A DNA stretch of 63,791 nucleotides, counting the filler, from Octopus bimaculoides (lineage: Eukaryota), in NCBI RefSeq assembly GCF_001194135.2. It is 7 parts of 6 records of this genome, joined end to end, with 100 filler letters (N's around TTAATTAATTAA, not from the genome) between each part and the next. Parts side by side here need not be neighbours in the genome. Positions count along the whole stretch, not along the records: positions 1 to 29,206 come from NC_068992.1; 6 more parts are not named here. One strand, given 5' to 3'. How positions within the stretch are numbered: position 1 is the stretch's first letter; each line of letters opens with the position of its first letter. Under the pieces are notes generated by a model. That model was given only the letters and a program-made list of their open reading frames with translations, searched no databases and was not told the origin of the DNA. Positions 1 through 11,935 of this stretch are shown in pieces. The translations under genes were made by a program, and so were the position numbers.

Positions 1-353
1 GTACTTATTCTATCGATCTTTTGCCGAATCGCTAAATTACAGGGAGGCAAACACACCAACTCCGGTTGTCAAGAGATAATGGAGTGACAAATATAGACAC
101 AAAGACACCCACATAGATACACACACACACACACACACACATACACACACACACACGCGCGCGCGCGCGCGCGCACACACACACATACACACATAGAACG
201 GGCTTCTTTCTGTTTCTGTCTACCAAATCCACTCACAAGGCTTTGGTCGGTTGGAGGTTATAATAGAAGACGCTTGCCCAAGGTGCTACGCAATGGGACT
301 GAACCCGGAAGCTTGTGGTTTGGAAGCAAACTTCTTACCACACAGCTACGCCT
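1..353 (-). mobile_element. tRNA-derived SINE, family D (head GGCGTGGCTGTGTGG)
   Basis: Reverse complement has A-box/B-box-like head (rc of 290-353), TTGGGCAAG CORE-like segment and internal (CA)n; homologous to copies at 6176, 20088, 44245, 57558. Confidence 0.85.
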
Positions 354-1397
354 CCCCCTATATATACGTGTGTGTGTGTTTGTCCCCTCCACCACCATCA
401 CTTGACAACCGGTATCGGTTTGTTTACATGCTCGTAACTTAACGGTTAGGCAATAGAGACTCATAGTGAATTTGTCTATCAATTGGTACTGAATCACACC
501 AATCGATAAATTGTCAATGAAAGGATACGAGCTACTGACCTCTCAGTAAGAAGGATACAAACCACGGCTGATTGTTCAGTATCTTATCGACCAAATCATG
601 TGCTTTATTGGGCACCCATTCTAGTAAGACAATGATGCAATAACAAAGAAGCTATAAAAGCGTGGTCATATTTACTAATAGAATACATTAAAAATCTTTA
701 TAATGCAATATTTATACTCCCTTGTTACTTTTAACATGCCTTTTGTGCCACGTGACACTCTGTTCAATATACAGATCAATAGATCTATAATTGTTTTTAT
801 TTTAGTCATGGGATCTTATAATTATAGTCAGTTCTCTTTTGGAGGAGTTTTGTTTTTTTTTTGCTTTTTACTGTCTTCGATGCTTGATGTACACATATGA
901 ATATATATGTTATATCCTTACGCCTCCAATATCGGTTGATATTGTCGACGATAGAATACACTGTCACAAGTGTTATAACAGTACAAAACAGCGGTAGTAA
1001 CAGACACCTACCCAACAATCAATATTTCCAAAACACTAACTCGAACTTTAAACTACATCTGGACTTCGAAGACCAAACACCAAACAGCCGACGACGTCAG
1101 ACCGTTACTACTTATATGTAAGGTGTTGTACTGTCGCGACAACAATATGTATATATATATATATATNNNNNNNNNNNNNNNNNNNNNNNNNNNNNNNNNN
1201 NNNNNNNNNNNNNNNNNNNNNNNNNNNNNNNNNNNNNNNNNNNNNNNNNNNNNNNNNNNNNNNNNNNNNNNNNNNNNNNNNNNNNNNNNNNNNNNNNNNN
1301 NNNNNNNNNNNNNNNNNNNNNNNNNNNNNNNNNNNNNNNNNNNNNNNNNNNNNNNNNNNNNNNNNNNNNNNNNNNNNNNNNNNNNNNNNNNNNNNNA

Positions 1398-1775
1398 AGG
1401 TATTTGAGGACATACCTTTTTGGGGGTCATTGCTGCATTTTTTGCTAACTCTGTATAATCTTTGTTTCAGAAAATAATAATGGCAGATCCTCAGCTTGCT
1501 CAAGAAATGAAGAGGCATGCTGTTATTGTGGTTATAAAGGTTAAGCACAGCGATTTAGAAATATCTCGTTTTTAACAGTTGCCTAATCTTTCGTCTACGA
1601 AGTTTGTAAGGAAGATGGAAACGTATCACAAGTATCAAGGCATAAAAAAGCATTCTAAACACTCTAAAATCCTCAAAACACCTGAATTTATCCAACAAGT
1701 TCAACAGACCATTGATTACAATCCCAGAAAGTCCATGAGGTCAATTGCAAATGATCTCCATATGTCAGGAAGGAT
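1398..1775 (+). mobile_element. Tc1/mariner-superfamily transposase 5' fragment (resembles DD37D/maT type), pseudogenised
   Basis: ATG at 1480: MADPQLAQEMKRHAVIVVIKVKHSDLEISRF, frameshift, then TPEFIQQVQQTIDYNPRKSMRSIANDLHMS (paired-like HTH). No catalytic domain. Confidence 0.7.
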
Positions 1776-2017
1776 ATATTTAGTTTTTCTTCCCACGCCT
1801 TGTGAGTTCATTTTTATGGATGATACGTTTTAAACTCGTTGTGTATACGTTTCGAGCCTAAGTTTGAGGTGCTCTTTCCGCATACGCTTTATGGTATCGG
1901 ATAGGCTAATCTCTATCCCTACTTCCAATTAAATAAGCTTAGGTGTTATTCTTAAATTTTACCTCATTTGTCATATTTTTTTCCGTTGTTGTTTAGTTTT
2001 CATTATGGAGGCTGCTA

Positions 2018-2200
2018 AAGGTGGCAAGTCGGCAGAATCGCTAGCACACCAAACAAAATGCTTTACAGCAATTCGTCCGTCCTTAAGCTCTGAATTAAAA
2101 TTCCACTGAGGTCGACTTTACTTCTCATCCTTTCGTGATCGATAAAATATGTACCAGTCAAGCATGGGGACGATGAAATCGACTAGCTCCCTCTCCAAAA
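2018..2200 (+). mobile_element. tRNA-derived SINE, family C (head GGCGGCGAGCTGGCAGAATCG)
   Basis: Diverged head plus GTCGACTTTxCxTxTCATCCTTTCGxGxTCGATAAA module shared with more than 10 copies in the window. Confidence 0.8.
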
Positions 2201-3322
2201 CTTATATACAGGGTTGGGGTAACTTTTTAATGTGGCAGGCAAGAATTTCCAAAGCCAAAAGGGGTTCGCGGACGGATCACGGTTTCTAACTCTTATATCT
2301 GTGTAAATCTTGTATATATCTGTGTATAATTTGATATACATTAATAAAGATAAGTTTAACACATTAAATTAACGTGTAACATCTTCATTAACGCCACCAC
2401 TGACTTTAGGACATTTATATTACTTTTGAAGTATTCTATATTTTTCAGCTAGAGTGTAGTTGGGTCTCAAGGGGATGCTACAAACTTAGCAATATGTGTT
2501 TTATAGTAAAAACAAAATTTCCATTCAAATGGCAATTACCAGACGATTTTCTGTTTGAGTGTAACCGCCTGTACATTTGTTTTGGGATTTTCTCATATGA
2601 TGCAGTAATTACACCCCATCCCGCCGCCAATAGTTTTCGGGTTTCCATCCATGCAATGTCACTCATATTCCTAGGCCTAGGATCAACTAAAGTGTAAAAT
2701 AGAAGACATTTTACTTAAACGCAGCGTATAGACACATAATCTATCGATAATGTTATTTTGCTAAGATATGACTTAAATCACCCTACAGCGTGCCTATTTT
2801 CTATTGAAAAGAAAATGCATATGATCGCTCTAGTACCCAAAGTCCTAGGCAACGAAGAACAACAGATTTTCTACAGAGCTGCGGATCCTAATGCACAAGT
2901 ATATGTGCGTGTGTATGAGCATGTATATGTATTTGCATCTATATATGTGCTTATATATGTATCACTTAATTTAAAATATTAATTTCACAATGAATTGCCT
3001 TACGAATAATATATGAATGATGTATCTATTGAAGATCATATCTTCGATTTCGTTCCATTGTTAAGAGTTATATACGTAAACCAACCAGAAAAATTATTAT
3101 AGATTGTAACTGGCTAAATTCATTTACTTAACTAGCAGAAAGACCGCGCTCCCGGCATTTTTCTGTTAGTCGCTAAGTGATTATTACTCACTTGATTCCT
3201 AATTTCAGCAATTTTTTGATATGTTACGTTTGATTTTCCTGTGTAGCCTTTATTCGTATCATAGTACTCACTCGCTCAGTAAAAAAGGAAAACATTTAAA
3301 ATAATACCAAGCACTGAAAAAC

Positions 3323-4840
3323 AGCTTGGATGGTATACTCATAAAAAGTGAGTCTCGAGGTCAGCGTGAGGAACATGTTAAAAAGGTATTTGAAAGAATA
3401 AAAGAGTATGGATTTAAACTTAGCGAGAGGAAATGCGAATTATACACGCCAGAAATAAACTATCTAGGTCAAGTTATCAATAAAAATGGTCGCAGGTCAG
3501 GAATCGCGAGAATAAAAGCACTGATGAGGAGTTATGTCTACTGGACGAATAGGGATCAGTATATTGAAACATTGGTGAAAGCCTGCAGTGGTTGTGCCCT
3601 GGCAGCAAAAGCACCACCTATAAAAATTCAGCCTTGGCCCAAGACTGACATAACTTAGTGCAGATTACGCATAGACTTCGCAGGACCGTTAAATGGAGGG
3701 CATTATCTGATAGTTGTGGACAGTTACAGGAAATGGTCAAAAATATGCCAATGCAGGAAGCCAACCTCCAAAGTAACTATGGAATTTCTGGACGAATTTT
3801 TTGCGCGATATGGCGTCCTAGACACTATTGTGTCTGATAACGGAACACAGTGCACGTCGAAGGAATTTTAGAAATTTTGCAAAATGCATATTACTACTCC
3901 ACTATACTATCCGAGATCAAACGAACTAGTGGAAGGTCTTGTAGACACATTTAAGAGGGCGCTGAAAAAATCTAGGAATGATGTAATTTTAAAGTGTCTA
4001 CCGAATAACGCCTAACCCCAATATCACTTCAGGTATGTCGCGGGGTGAACTAATGATCGCCAGGAAAGCCAGATCTGTGTTTGATAAATTACTACCGAGA
4101 AGAAAAGAAAAAAATGGAGAGAAACACCGAAAATAAGATGAAATACTTCAAAATAGGTGACAAGGTTTTTTTTAAATATACAGAAATGGAAGGGAAAGTT
4201 GGGGAGAAGGTATAATAAGTAAACGTTTAGGAAAAATAACGTACATAGTAAAAGGTCATATGTGGGAACACAAAAGACATTTAAACCAACTGAAAAAAAA
4301 TGGTTTACGGAAGAAAGAATAAAACATGAAGAACCAATGGAATTTCTTTATGACATTTTATGACGTCCCGGTACCTCAAGGAATAGTTGAACCAACGAGT
4401 ACATCGACTAGGAAAAGAAAACAAACAGAACTTTTGCAAGTAGAGCCAAAACGAAAAAATATTCCAATTTCTTCCCGGAGAATTAAGTAAACAAAAAAAA
4501 ATGGGGAGAGGTGGTAATAAATATACAATAAATAAAAGAAAAATATTGACTTCCAAGGAAAGTCAAGCTCAAAAAGGGGTGATGTTGTGGTAAAATCCTG
4601 ACACCCCTGTGGGATAGCAAGTGAACTTCCTAAACCTCATAAAGGCGCATGCGTACTGATAGTGTGAGGGACAGTTTGGTGTGTGCAATCACATTTGTGA
4701 GGGCAGTTATAGAAGTTGTTGAGAAGAGATATAAGTTTGTTACGTGTTTGTTACTGATTTAGTTTTTGTAGTGGTATAAAACTGTTACAGTGTAGTCTAT
4801 ATCCAAACACAAGAATATAAGAAGTTAGGATTATGTAACT
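3323..4840 (+). mobile_element. Decayed Ty3/Gypsy LTR retrotransposon: RT end, integrase, PPT and probable 3' LTR
   Basis: SLDGILI (decayed YLDDILI)...KCE...YLGQVI, then RIKALMRSYVYW...CSGC (integrase Zn-finger part), RLRIDFAGPLNG..YLIVVDSY, IVSDNGTQ; stops and frameshifts. Polypurine tract AAAAAGGGGTGA at 4571-4582 followed by TGTTGTGG (LTR start 4583); LTR end approximate. Confidence 0.9.
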
Positions 4841-5294
4841 TTTACTAAAAGGAAGTGATTATTAAAATCTATACTGTCAAGAAAATTCTTATAAATTCCA
4901 ATTGTAATATTTTTTTTATATCAAGACGTGGTTTTCAAAATTCTTCTATTACTGAAGATTTCAACTTAAAATTTTATCCAGAACCACATCGCAAACTTAC
5001 AGCGAAATAGTGTTTTCCAAACATTTCTATTAATACTCGGCATAACTACAGAAGTATAACCCCACCCGATTTTCTTTGCTTATAACTTTCTGGAAAATGT
5101 ATATATTTGTAAGGAAATTTTTTACAAATAAGTTTCAGATGGTGCAAATTACGATCATATCAGAATGTAATGTGAAAAAAAATTCGTTAGGGCAGATATT
5201 TCATGCATCTCGACGTTGTTTCGTCATAAGCTTTAATGATGTAGATTAGAGTTATGTTGATAAAAAATAATGTAGAGGTCTATTTCACCAATTC

Positions 5295-5402
5295 CTCGAG
5301 TACTCAACTAGTACTTATTTTATCTGGCCCGAAAGAATAAAAGGCAAAGTCGACCCCGGTGGAGTTTGAACTCAGAACGGACGAAATTCCAGCTCGTCGC
5401 GT
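5295..5402 (-). mobile_element. SINE family C fragment
   Basis: AAGGCAAAGTCGACCCCGGTGGAGTTTGAACTCAGAAC matches other family C copies. Confidence 0.75.
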
Positions 5403-5700
5403 TACACTAGCTCTAATTGTAGAATGATAGCGATGATTTTCAACTCAATAAACTTATTTACTTTCTAAAACTAATATGTCCTTATTTATTACGTTAATGA
5501 TTTCATATATACAAATATGTAAATATTTGCATGTATCGACTGAAAAACTGTTATGTGCTGCATACAAATGGAGAGAAATTTTTTAATCAGCATGAGAAAT
5601 TAGTCATTAAAAGTTGGTTTGCATTCATGAGTATAATACATTTAATTTTGCTGACTAATGTTAGAGATTACATATTTCATTCATTATTTTATCGGAGTAT

Positions 5701-5703
<3 letters not shown>

Positions 5704-5795
<92 letters not shown>
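5704..5795. repeat. (CT)n microsatellite
   Basis: Uninterrupted CT run; source of poly-SL ORFs in the track. Confidence 0.98.
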
Positions 5796-5797
<2 letters not shown>

Positions 5798-5949
5798 TTG
5801 TACAAGTTCAACCTCTACGTGGTCATTTAGTATGCTAGAAATAACAGGAATTTCGTGGGTTTCAAAAGCTTCTTTTCTTTTTTACCTAATTGAAATTAAA
5901 TCATTAAAACGAATGACCGAAACAAAATCGAGATGCGTGAAATATCCAC

Positions 5950-6118
5950 CAGGACAGTCTTAAAGCGTGGACATACTGGGCAGTGGCCCAGGGGCCTCAC
6001 GTATCTAGAGGCCCAATTCTGACCTATGAATGTTGTAGCTTGCTGCCAATAAATAAACAATTTAGGGCCCAGTTATTTTATTTGCCCAGGGAGCTACAAT
6101 GCTGCTAAGGCGGCTCTG
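5950..6118. mobile_element. hAT-like MITE
   Basis: Imperfect TIRs CAGGACAGTCTTAA / rc CAGAGCCGCCTTAG; flanking 8-mers ATATCCAC (5942-5949) and ATATCCGT (6119-6126) fit a decayed 8-bp TSD. Confidence 0.6.
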
Positions 6119-6175
6119 ATATCCGTCCTCTCTCATTCTTTTTTATGCATTAAATCCGATATAATTATAATACTC

Positions 6176-6611
6176 TCTTTAACTCTTTTACTTGTTTCAG
6201 TCATTTGACTGTGGCCATGCTGGAGCACCGCCTTTTTTAGTCGAGCTAATCGACCCCAGGACTTATTCTTTGGAAGCCTAGTACTTATTCTATCGGTCTG
6301 TTTTGCCGAACCGCTAAGTTACGGGGACGTAAACACACCAGCATCGGTTGTCAAGCGATGTTGGGGGGACAAACACAGACACATACATACACACACACAC
6401 ACACACATACATACATACATACATTTATATATATATATATACATATATACGACGGGCTTCTTTCAGTTTCCGTCTACCAAATCCACTCACAAGGCTTTGG
6501 TCGGCCCGAGGCTATAGTAGAAGACACTTTCCCAGTCCCACGGCCATACAGTGGGACTGAACGCGGAACCATGTGGTTGGAAAACAAGTTACTTACCACA
6601 CAGTCACTCCT
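6176..6611 (-). mobile_element. SINE family D, full length
   Basis: Tail CTCTTTTACTTGTTTCAGTCATTTGACTG through head CCACACAGTCACTCC; internal (CA)/(TA) repeat. Confidence 0.9.
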
Positions 6612-6904
6612 AATCTAAACTATCAGAAAGTCATGTGAGGAAATTTCATTAAAAAATATTCATTTTGTAGAAAGTTTTGAGGAAACAAAGTCGGTGAAGG
6701 AGGTCGTACTTTCTTTTGGAGGAAATGTGTATTGATAAACCGATAAAGGATATAATGGAAAATATAACATTACGTTGCAAAAAATCGCAAAAATTGAGAA
6801 TTAAAGGAGTAAATATCATTTAACGATTAACAGTAATAATATATACATGCACATACATACAAATATATGCACATGTCTACGTATCTGGATGTCTGTGCGT
6901 ATGT

Positions 6905-7230
6905 GGAGGCGCAATGGCCCAGTGGTTAGGGCAGCGGACTCGCGGTCAGAGGATCACGGTTCCGATTCCCAGACCGGGGGTTGTGTGTGTTTATTGAGCG
7001 AAAACACCTAAAGCTCCACGAGACTCCGGCAGGGGAGGGTGAATTGGTGACCCCTGTTGTACTCTTTCGCCCCAACTTTCTCTCATTCTTTCTTCCTGTT
7101 TCTTGAGTAACGCTGCGATGGACTGGCGTCCCGTCCAGCTGGGGGCGGGGACATATACGCCATAGAAACCGGGAAACCAGGCCCATGAGCCTGGCTAGGC
7201 TTGAAAAGGGCGCATAAATAAATAAATAAA
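6905..7230 (+). mobile_element. tRNA-derived SINE, head A (GGAGGCGCAATGGCCCAGTGG) with tail type 1
   Basis: A-box TGGCCCAGTGG, B-box-like GGTTCCGATTCCC; tail GCTGCGATGGACTGGCGTCCCGTCCAG...GGGCGCA(TAAA)n. Confidence 0.9.
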
Positions 7231-7530
7231 TGTTTGTATAGGCAAGAGAGAGNNNNNNNNNNNNNNNNNNNNNNNNNNNNNNNNNNNNNNNNNNNNNNNN
7301 NNNNNNNNNNNNNNNNNNNNNNNNNNNNNNNNNNNNNNNNNNNNNNNNNNNNNNNNNNNNNNNNNNNNNNNNNNNNNNNNNNNNNNNNNNNNNNNNNNNN
7401 NNNNNNNNNNNNNNNNNNNNNNNNNNNNNNNNNNNNNNNNNNNNNNNNNNNNNNNNNNNNNNNNNNNNNNNNNNNNNNNNNNNNNNNNNNNNNNNNNNNN
7501 NNNNNNNNNNNNNNNNNNNNNNNNTATATA

Positions 7531-7565
<35 letters not shown>

Positions 7566-8292
7566 CTGTATGTGTGTATGGATCATAATTTTATTCATAT
7601 ACGGTGAAATAGAAAAAATGGATTACATTTGTAGTTGTTGTTAAGATCACTGCTGTTGTTGTTGCTGTTGATTGCAATCAATGCTGTTGGTATTTGCCAC
7701 TACGACTGCTGCTGCTGCTGCAGCAGCAGTTGAGACTGTTATTCTCGTTGTTGCTGCTGCTTCTGCTGCTGCTGTGGTCAACCGTTGATATATTATTGTC
7801 TTCTACTTTCACTTTCTATATCGCCAACATTATCATCCGGCATCACCAGCACAGTTGCTGACAACTACAACAACAACACAGTTCTAAAAGGCATCGGATA
7901 TCAAATTGAACTGGACAGTAAAGAAAACAGCAATAGAAAAATTAACTTTTAACGTAAGTAACTTATTAAGTGTAATTATTTGGTGTTTAGAAGATGTGTT
8001 CTTGTGGTCTTGCACTCTTATCTAAATAATGTTCCGACGTCTGTCGAAAATGTTCGATGTTTTATTGAGAATGTATTCCACGTGTGAAGCGTTTTGAGAT
8101 GCGTGTGTGTGTGTGTGTGTGCGTCTATGCATCAGTATCTGTATGTGTGGCATACATACACACATACACACATACATACATATATGCATACATATATACA
8201 CACATGCATGCATTCATGCATGCATTCATGCACGCATGCATTCATGCATGCATATACAAAGAAAGAAAGAAAGAAAGAAAGGAAGAAAGAAA

Positions 8293-8324
<32 letters not shown>

Positions 8325-9803
8325 AAACGAATGAAATAGAGAAAGGAAAAAAGAGAAAGAAAGAGCAAAGGAAGATGAGAGACTAAATCGGTTTGGCGGG
8401 AAACTTGTATCATTTTGCCGATTAAAGATAATATAAGGCTGTATATGCATGCACGTATGTATGTATGTATGTATGTATGTATGTATATGTGTGAGTGTAA
8501 GCGTGTATACGTGTGTATGTATGTTTTTTGGGTGTATATATATTATTTTTAATTGGCAGAAAGATTCAAAAGTGACTCAAGGAACAACAGTTTCGTCCGT
8601 GAGTCCTAAATTGATTATTGATTTACTAAACCTGTTCTACATCCCTTAATTGATTCTAGTAAATCTATTTAAATATATATGTATATATATGTGTGTATGT
8701 ATGTATTTACGTATGCATGTATATGTGCGTGCGAGTGTGTGTGTGTGTGTGTGTGTGTGTGTACACAATAATGACTATATAATACCATGTCATAATGATA
8801 ATACATATAATCCAATTAAAGCGACGTTTATCTAAACAATTGACTGAAAAATGATGAGCTAACTGCAGTTAGGATCGAACCCACAAATCAATGTTATCAT
8901 GGCTCTTTGCGCATGTGATTCAACCAGAACACTCACCCATATGGGTTCGGTTCTATATATATATATATATATATATATNNNNNNNNNNNNNNNNNNNNNN
9001 NNNNNNNNNNNNNNNNNNNNNNNNNNNNNNNNNNNNNNNNNNNNNNNNNNNNNNNNNNNNNNNNNNNNNNNNNNNNNNNNNNNNNNNNNNNNNNNNNNNN
9101 NNNNNNNNNNNNNNNNNNNNNNNNNNNNNNNNNNNNNNNNNNNNNNNNNNNNNNNNNNNNNNNNNNNNNNNNNNNNNNNNNNNNNNNNNNNNNNNNNNNN
9201 NNNNNNNNNNNNNNNNNNNNNNNNNNNNNNNNNNNNNNNNNNNNNNNNNNNNNNNNNNNNNNNNNNNNNNNNNNNNNNNNNNNNNNNNNNNNNNNNNNNN
9301 NNNNNNNNNNNNNNNNNNNNNNNNNNNNNNNNNNNNNNNNNNNNNNNNNNNNNNNNNNNNNNNNNNNNNNNNNNNNNNNNNNNNNNNNNNNNNNNNNNNN
9401 NNNNNNNNNNNNNNNNNNNNNNNNNNNNNNNNNNNNNNNNNNNNNNNNNNNNNNNNNNNNNNNNNNNNNNNNNNNNNNNNNNNNNNNNNNNNNNNNNNNN
9501 NNNNNNNNNNNNNNNNNNNNNNNNNNNNNNNNNNNNNNNNNNNNNNNNNNNNNNNNNNNNNNNNNNNNNNNNNNNNNNNNNNNNNNNNNNNNNNNNNNNN
9601 NNNNNNNNNNNNNNNNNNNNNNNNNNNNNNNNNNNNNNNNNNNNNNNNNNNNNNNNNNNNNNNNNNNNNNNNNNNNNNNNNNNNNNNNNNNNNNNNNNNN
9701 NNNNNNNNNNNNNNNNNNNNNNNNNNNNNNNNNNNNNNNNNNNNNNNNNNNNNNNNNNNNNNNNNNNNNNNNNNNNNNNNNNNNNNNNNNNNNNNNNNNN
9801 NNN

Positions 9804-9834
<31 letters not shown>

Positions 9835-9982
9835 TGTGTGTGCGTGTGTGTGTTTATGTACCTATTAATGTTCGTTTTTCTGATAAGTTATATGAAAAAA
9901 AAAAACAATTTAACATTAAACTCAAGAATTACTCAATACTTTTTAGTAGAATACATGTTTGTTGGACTTTATACGTGGGATG

Positions 9983-10026
9983 ATAGTAACTTCGAAGTTT
10001 CGGCCAGCTAACCTTCCTCGGGCTAT
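9983..10026 (-). ncRNA. Decayed minimal type I hammerhead ribozyme motif (Penelope-type)
   Basis: Minus strand: ATAGC-CCGAGGA-A-GGTTA-GC-TGGCC-GAAAC-TTCGAA-GTT-ACTAT. Stem I 4/5 bp, palindromic helix III loop TTCGAA, core U4 changed to C. Confidence 0.5.
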
Positions 10027-10152
10027 ATATATATATGCACGTCTATAAAACGCTTAGATTTACGGCGTTTCTTCAGACCCTAGGCCTATGGCCTCTCTTT
10101 CTAAAGAAAACGATATGACAAAGGAGTAAACAATTATCTTATTAACTTCATT

Positions 10153-10234
10153 GGCTTACAGCTGTTTCCGCTATATGATGCAGTGAACTCATGGTTGATT
10201 GCCTCAGTAAACACCTCATGGCTTCATCATAGCC
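10153..10234 (-). ncRNA. Decayed type I hammerhead motif with long helix II
   Basis: Minus strand: GGCT-ATGATGA-A-GC..(about 50 nt)..GC-G-GAAAC-AGCT-GTA-AGCC. Perfect 4-bp stem I, palindromic AGCT loop, core C3 changed to A. Confidence 0.55.
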
Positions 10235-10491
10235 TCAAGTATGATGCGAAATTTATTTGGGAAAAATATCTACATTTATGCTTATATACAGAAAAAACAT
10301 TACCAATGAGAAAAAGTGTATATGGGGAATGGAATGCTGGAGTTCCTCCCGTAATTATAGTGTGCATAAGGATTGGTAAACTCAGGTGTCGAGAAACAGT
10401 AATTAGATCTATCAGTAAAAATGTGTACACATACACACATGAAAATATACCCAGACACACACATATATCTACATACATATACGTGCACAGT

Positions 10492-10873
10492 GGAGACGCA
10501 ATGGCCCAGTGGTTAGGGCAGCGGACTCGCGGTCATAGGATCGCGGTTTCGATTCCCAGACCGGGCGTTGTGAGTGTTTATTGAGCGAAAACACCTAAAG
10601 CTCCACGAGGCTCCGGCAGGGGATGGTGGCGAACCCTGCTGTACTCTTCCTCCACAACTTTCTCTCACTCTTACTTCCTGTTTCTGTTGTACCTGTAATT
10701 CAAAGGGCCAGCCTTGTCACACTGTGTCACGCTGAATATCCCCGAGAACTACGTTAAGAGTACACGCGTCTGTGGAGTGCTCAGCCACTTGCACGTTAAT
10801 TTCACGAGCAGGCTGTTCCGTTGATCGGATCAACTGGAACCCTCGACGTCGTAAACGACGGAGTGCCAACAGC
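10492..10873 (+). mobile_element. SINE head A with tail type 2
   Basis: Head as at 6905; tail CCTTGTCACACTGTGTCACGCTGAATATCCCCGAGAACTACG...GAGTGCCAACA. Confidence 0.92.
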
Positions 10874-11004
10874 ATACATACACACAGACATGATCGCAAA
10901 TATACATGCACCTGGGACCACCACCACCACCATCACATGTTTTTGTCTAGCTTTTGAGTCTAGCTTTTGAGACCTTTCACCCGGTTTTCTCACTCAGCCA
11001 TATT

Positions 11005-11192
11005 ATTTTCAAATTTTGGCACACGGCCAACAATTTCGGGTTGCAGGGATAAATCGATTACATCGACCCCAATTCTCATCTGGTTCTCATTTTCTCGACC
11101 TCGAAAGGATGAAATGCAAAGTCGAACCCGGCGGAATTTGAACTCAGAACGTAAAGACATACGAAATGCTGCCAAGCATTTTGCCCAGCGTG
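11005..11192 (-). mobile_element. SINE family C
   Basis: TCGATTACATCGACCCC...GAAAGGATGAAA..CAAAGTCGA...TTTGAACTCAGAACGTAAAGAC. Confidence 0.8.
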
Positions 11193-11935
11193 TCACCTTA
11201 TTGCACTCGGCCATATTACCCTTGCTTTTCCTCTGACTCAGATAAATTCGAGCGAGCGAAGTCCCTCAATAATCACGCAGCAATCATACTTGGCTTAGAT
11301 TAGCATCATCTCATCTTTCACATTATCAGAAACATCAGACGCGTTTCGTTTCTTTCGGTAATTATTCTAATTAGAATTTAGCGTAATCATTAACCTAGAG
11401 AATCCTACAGTTTTCTAGTAATCTTAATTGTGTTAGTAATTCTCCAGCTAATTCTGCTGCTCTATGCTTGTGATGTTATTATAAGTCTTTTTTGTTCATT
11501 CATTGTGCAACTTTATCGTATTATTTCTTTATCTGTTATCTTCAGTTTGTTTCAGTCACTGGACTGCGTCCATGCTACTGCATTGCCTTGAAAGGATTTA
11601 GACGAATAATTTGGCCCCAGTACTTATGGTCTGCATTTGTTTTGTTTTGTTTGGGGGGTGGGGGTGGGGGGTCTTTTTGTGTTTTTTTGTTGTTGTTTTT
11701 TTTAAGTTTCATAATCATCCTATCAGTCACTTTTACCGAACCGCAAATTTACGGTGACGGAAACAAACCAACACCGGTTGTCAAACGGTGGCGAGGGCAA
11801 TCACATTCATAATGACACACACATATACCACGGAGTTCCACATAGTTTCCTCTCTACAAAATTCACTCACAAGGCAGTGGTCGGCCAAGGACTATTAAAT
11901 AACAGACACTTGCCCAAGTAGTCGCCATGGACCGG

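Noticed and set aside
6905-6980. tRNA-like A/B-box heads here and at 10492, 22081, 24229, 26965 and others
   Set aside because: SINE heads continuing into SINE bodies; no complete cloverleaf, so not called as tRNA genes.
11330-11400. Minus-strand CGAAACGCGTC, a typical PLE hammerhead half
   Set aside because: No acceptable CUGAnGA or stem I upstream.
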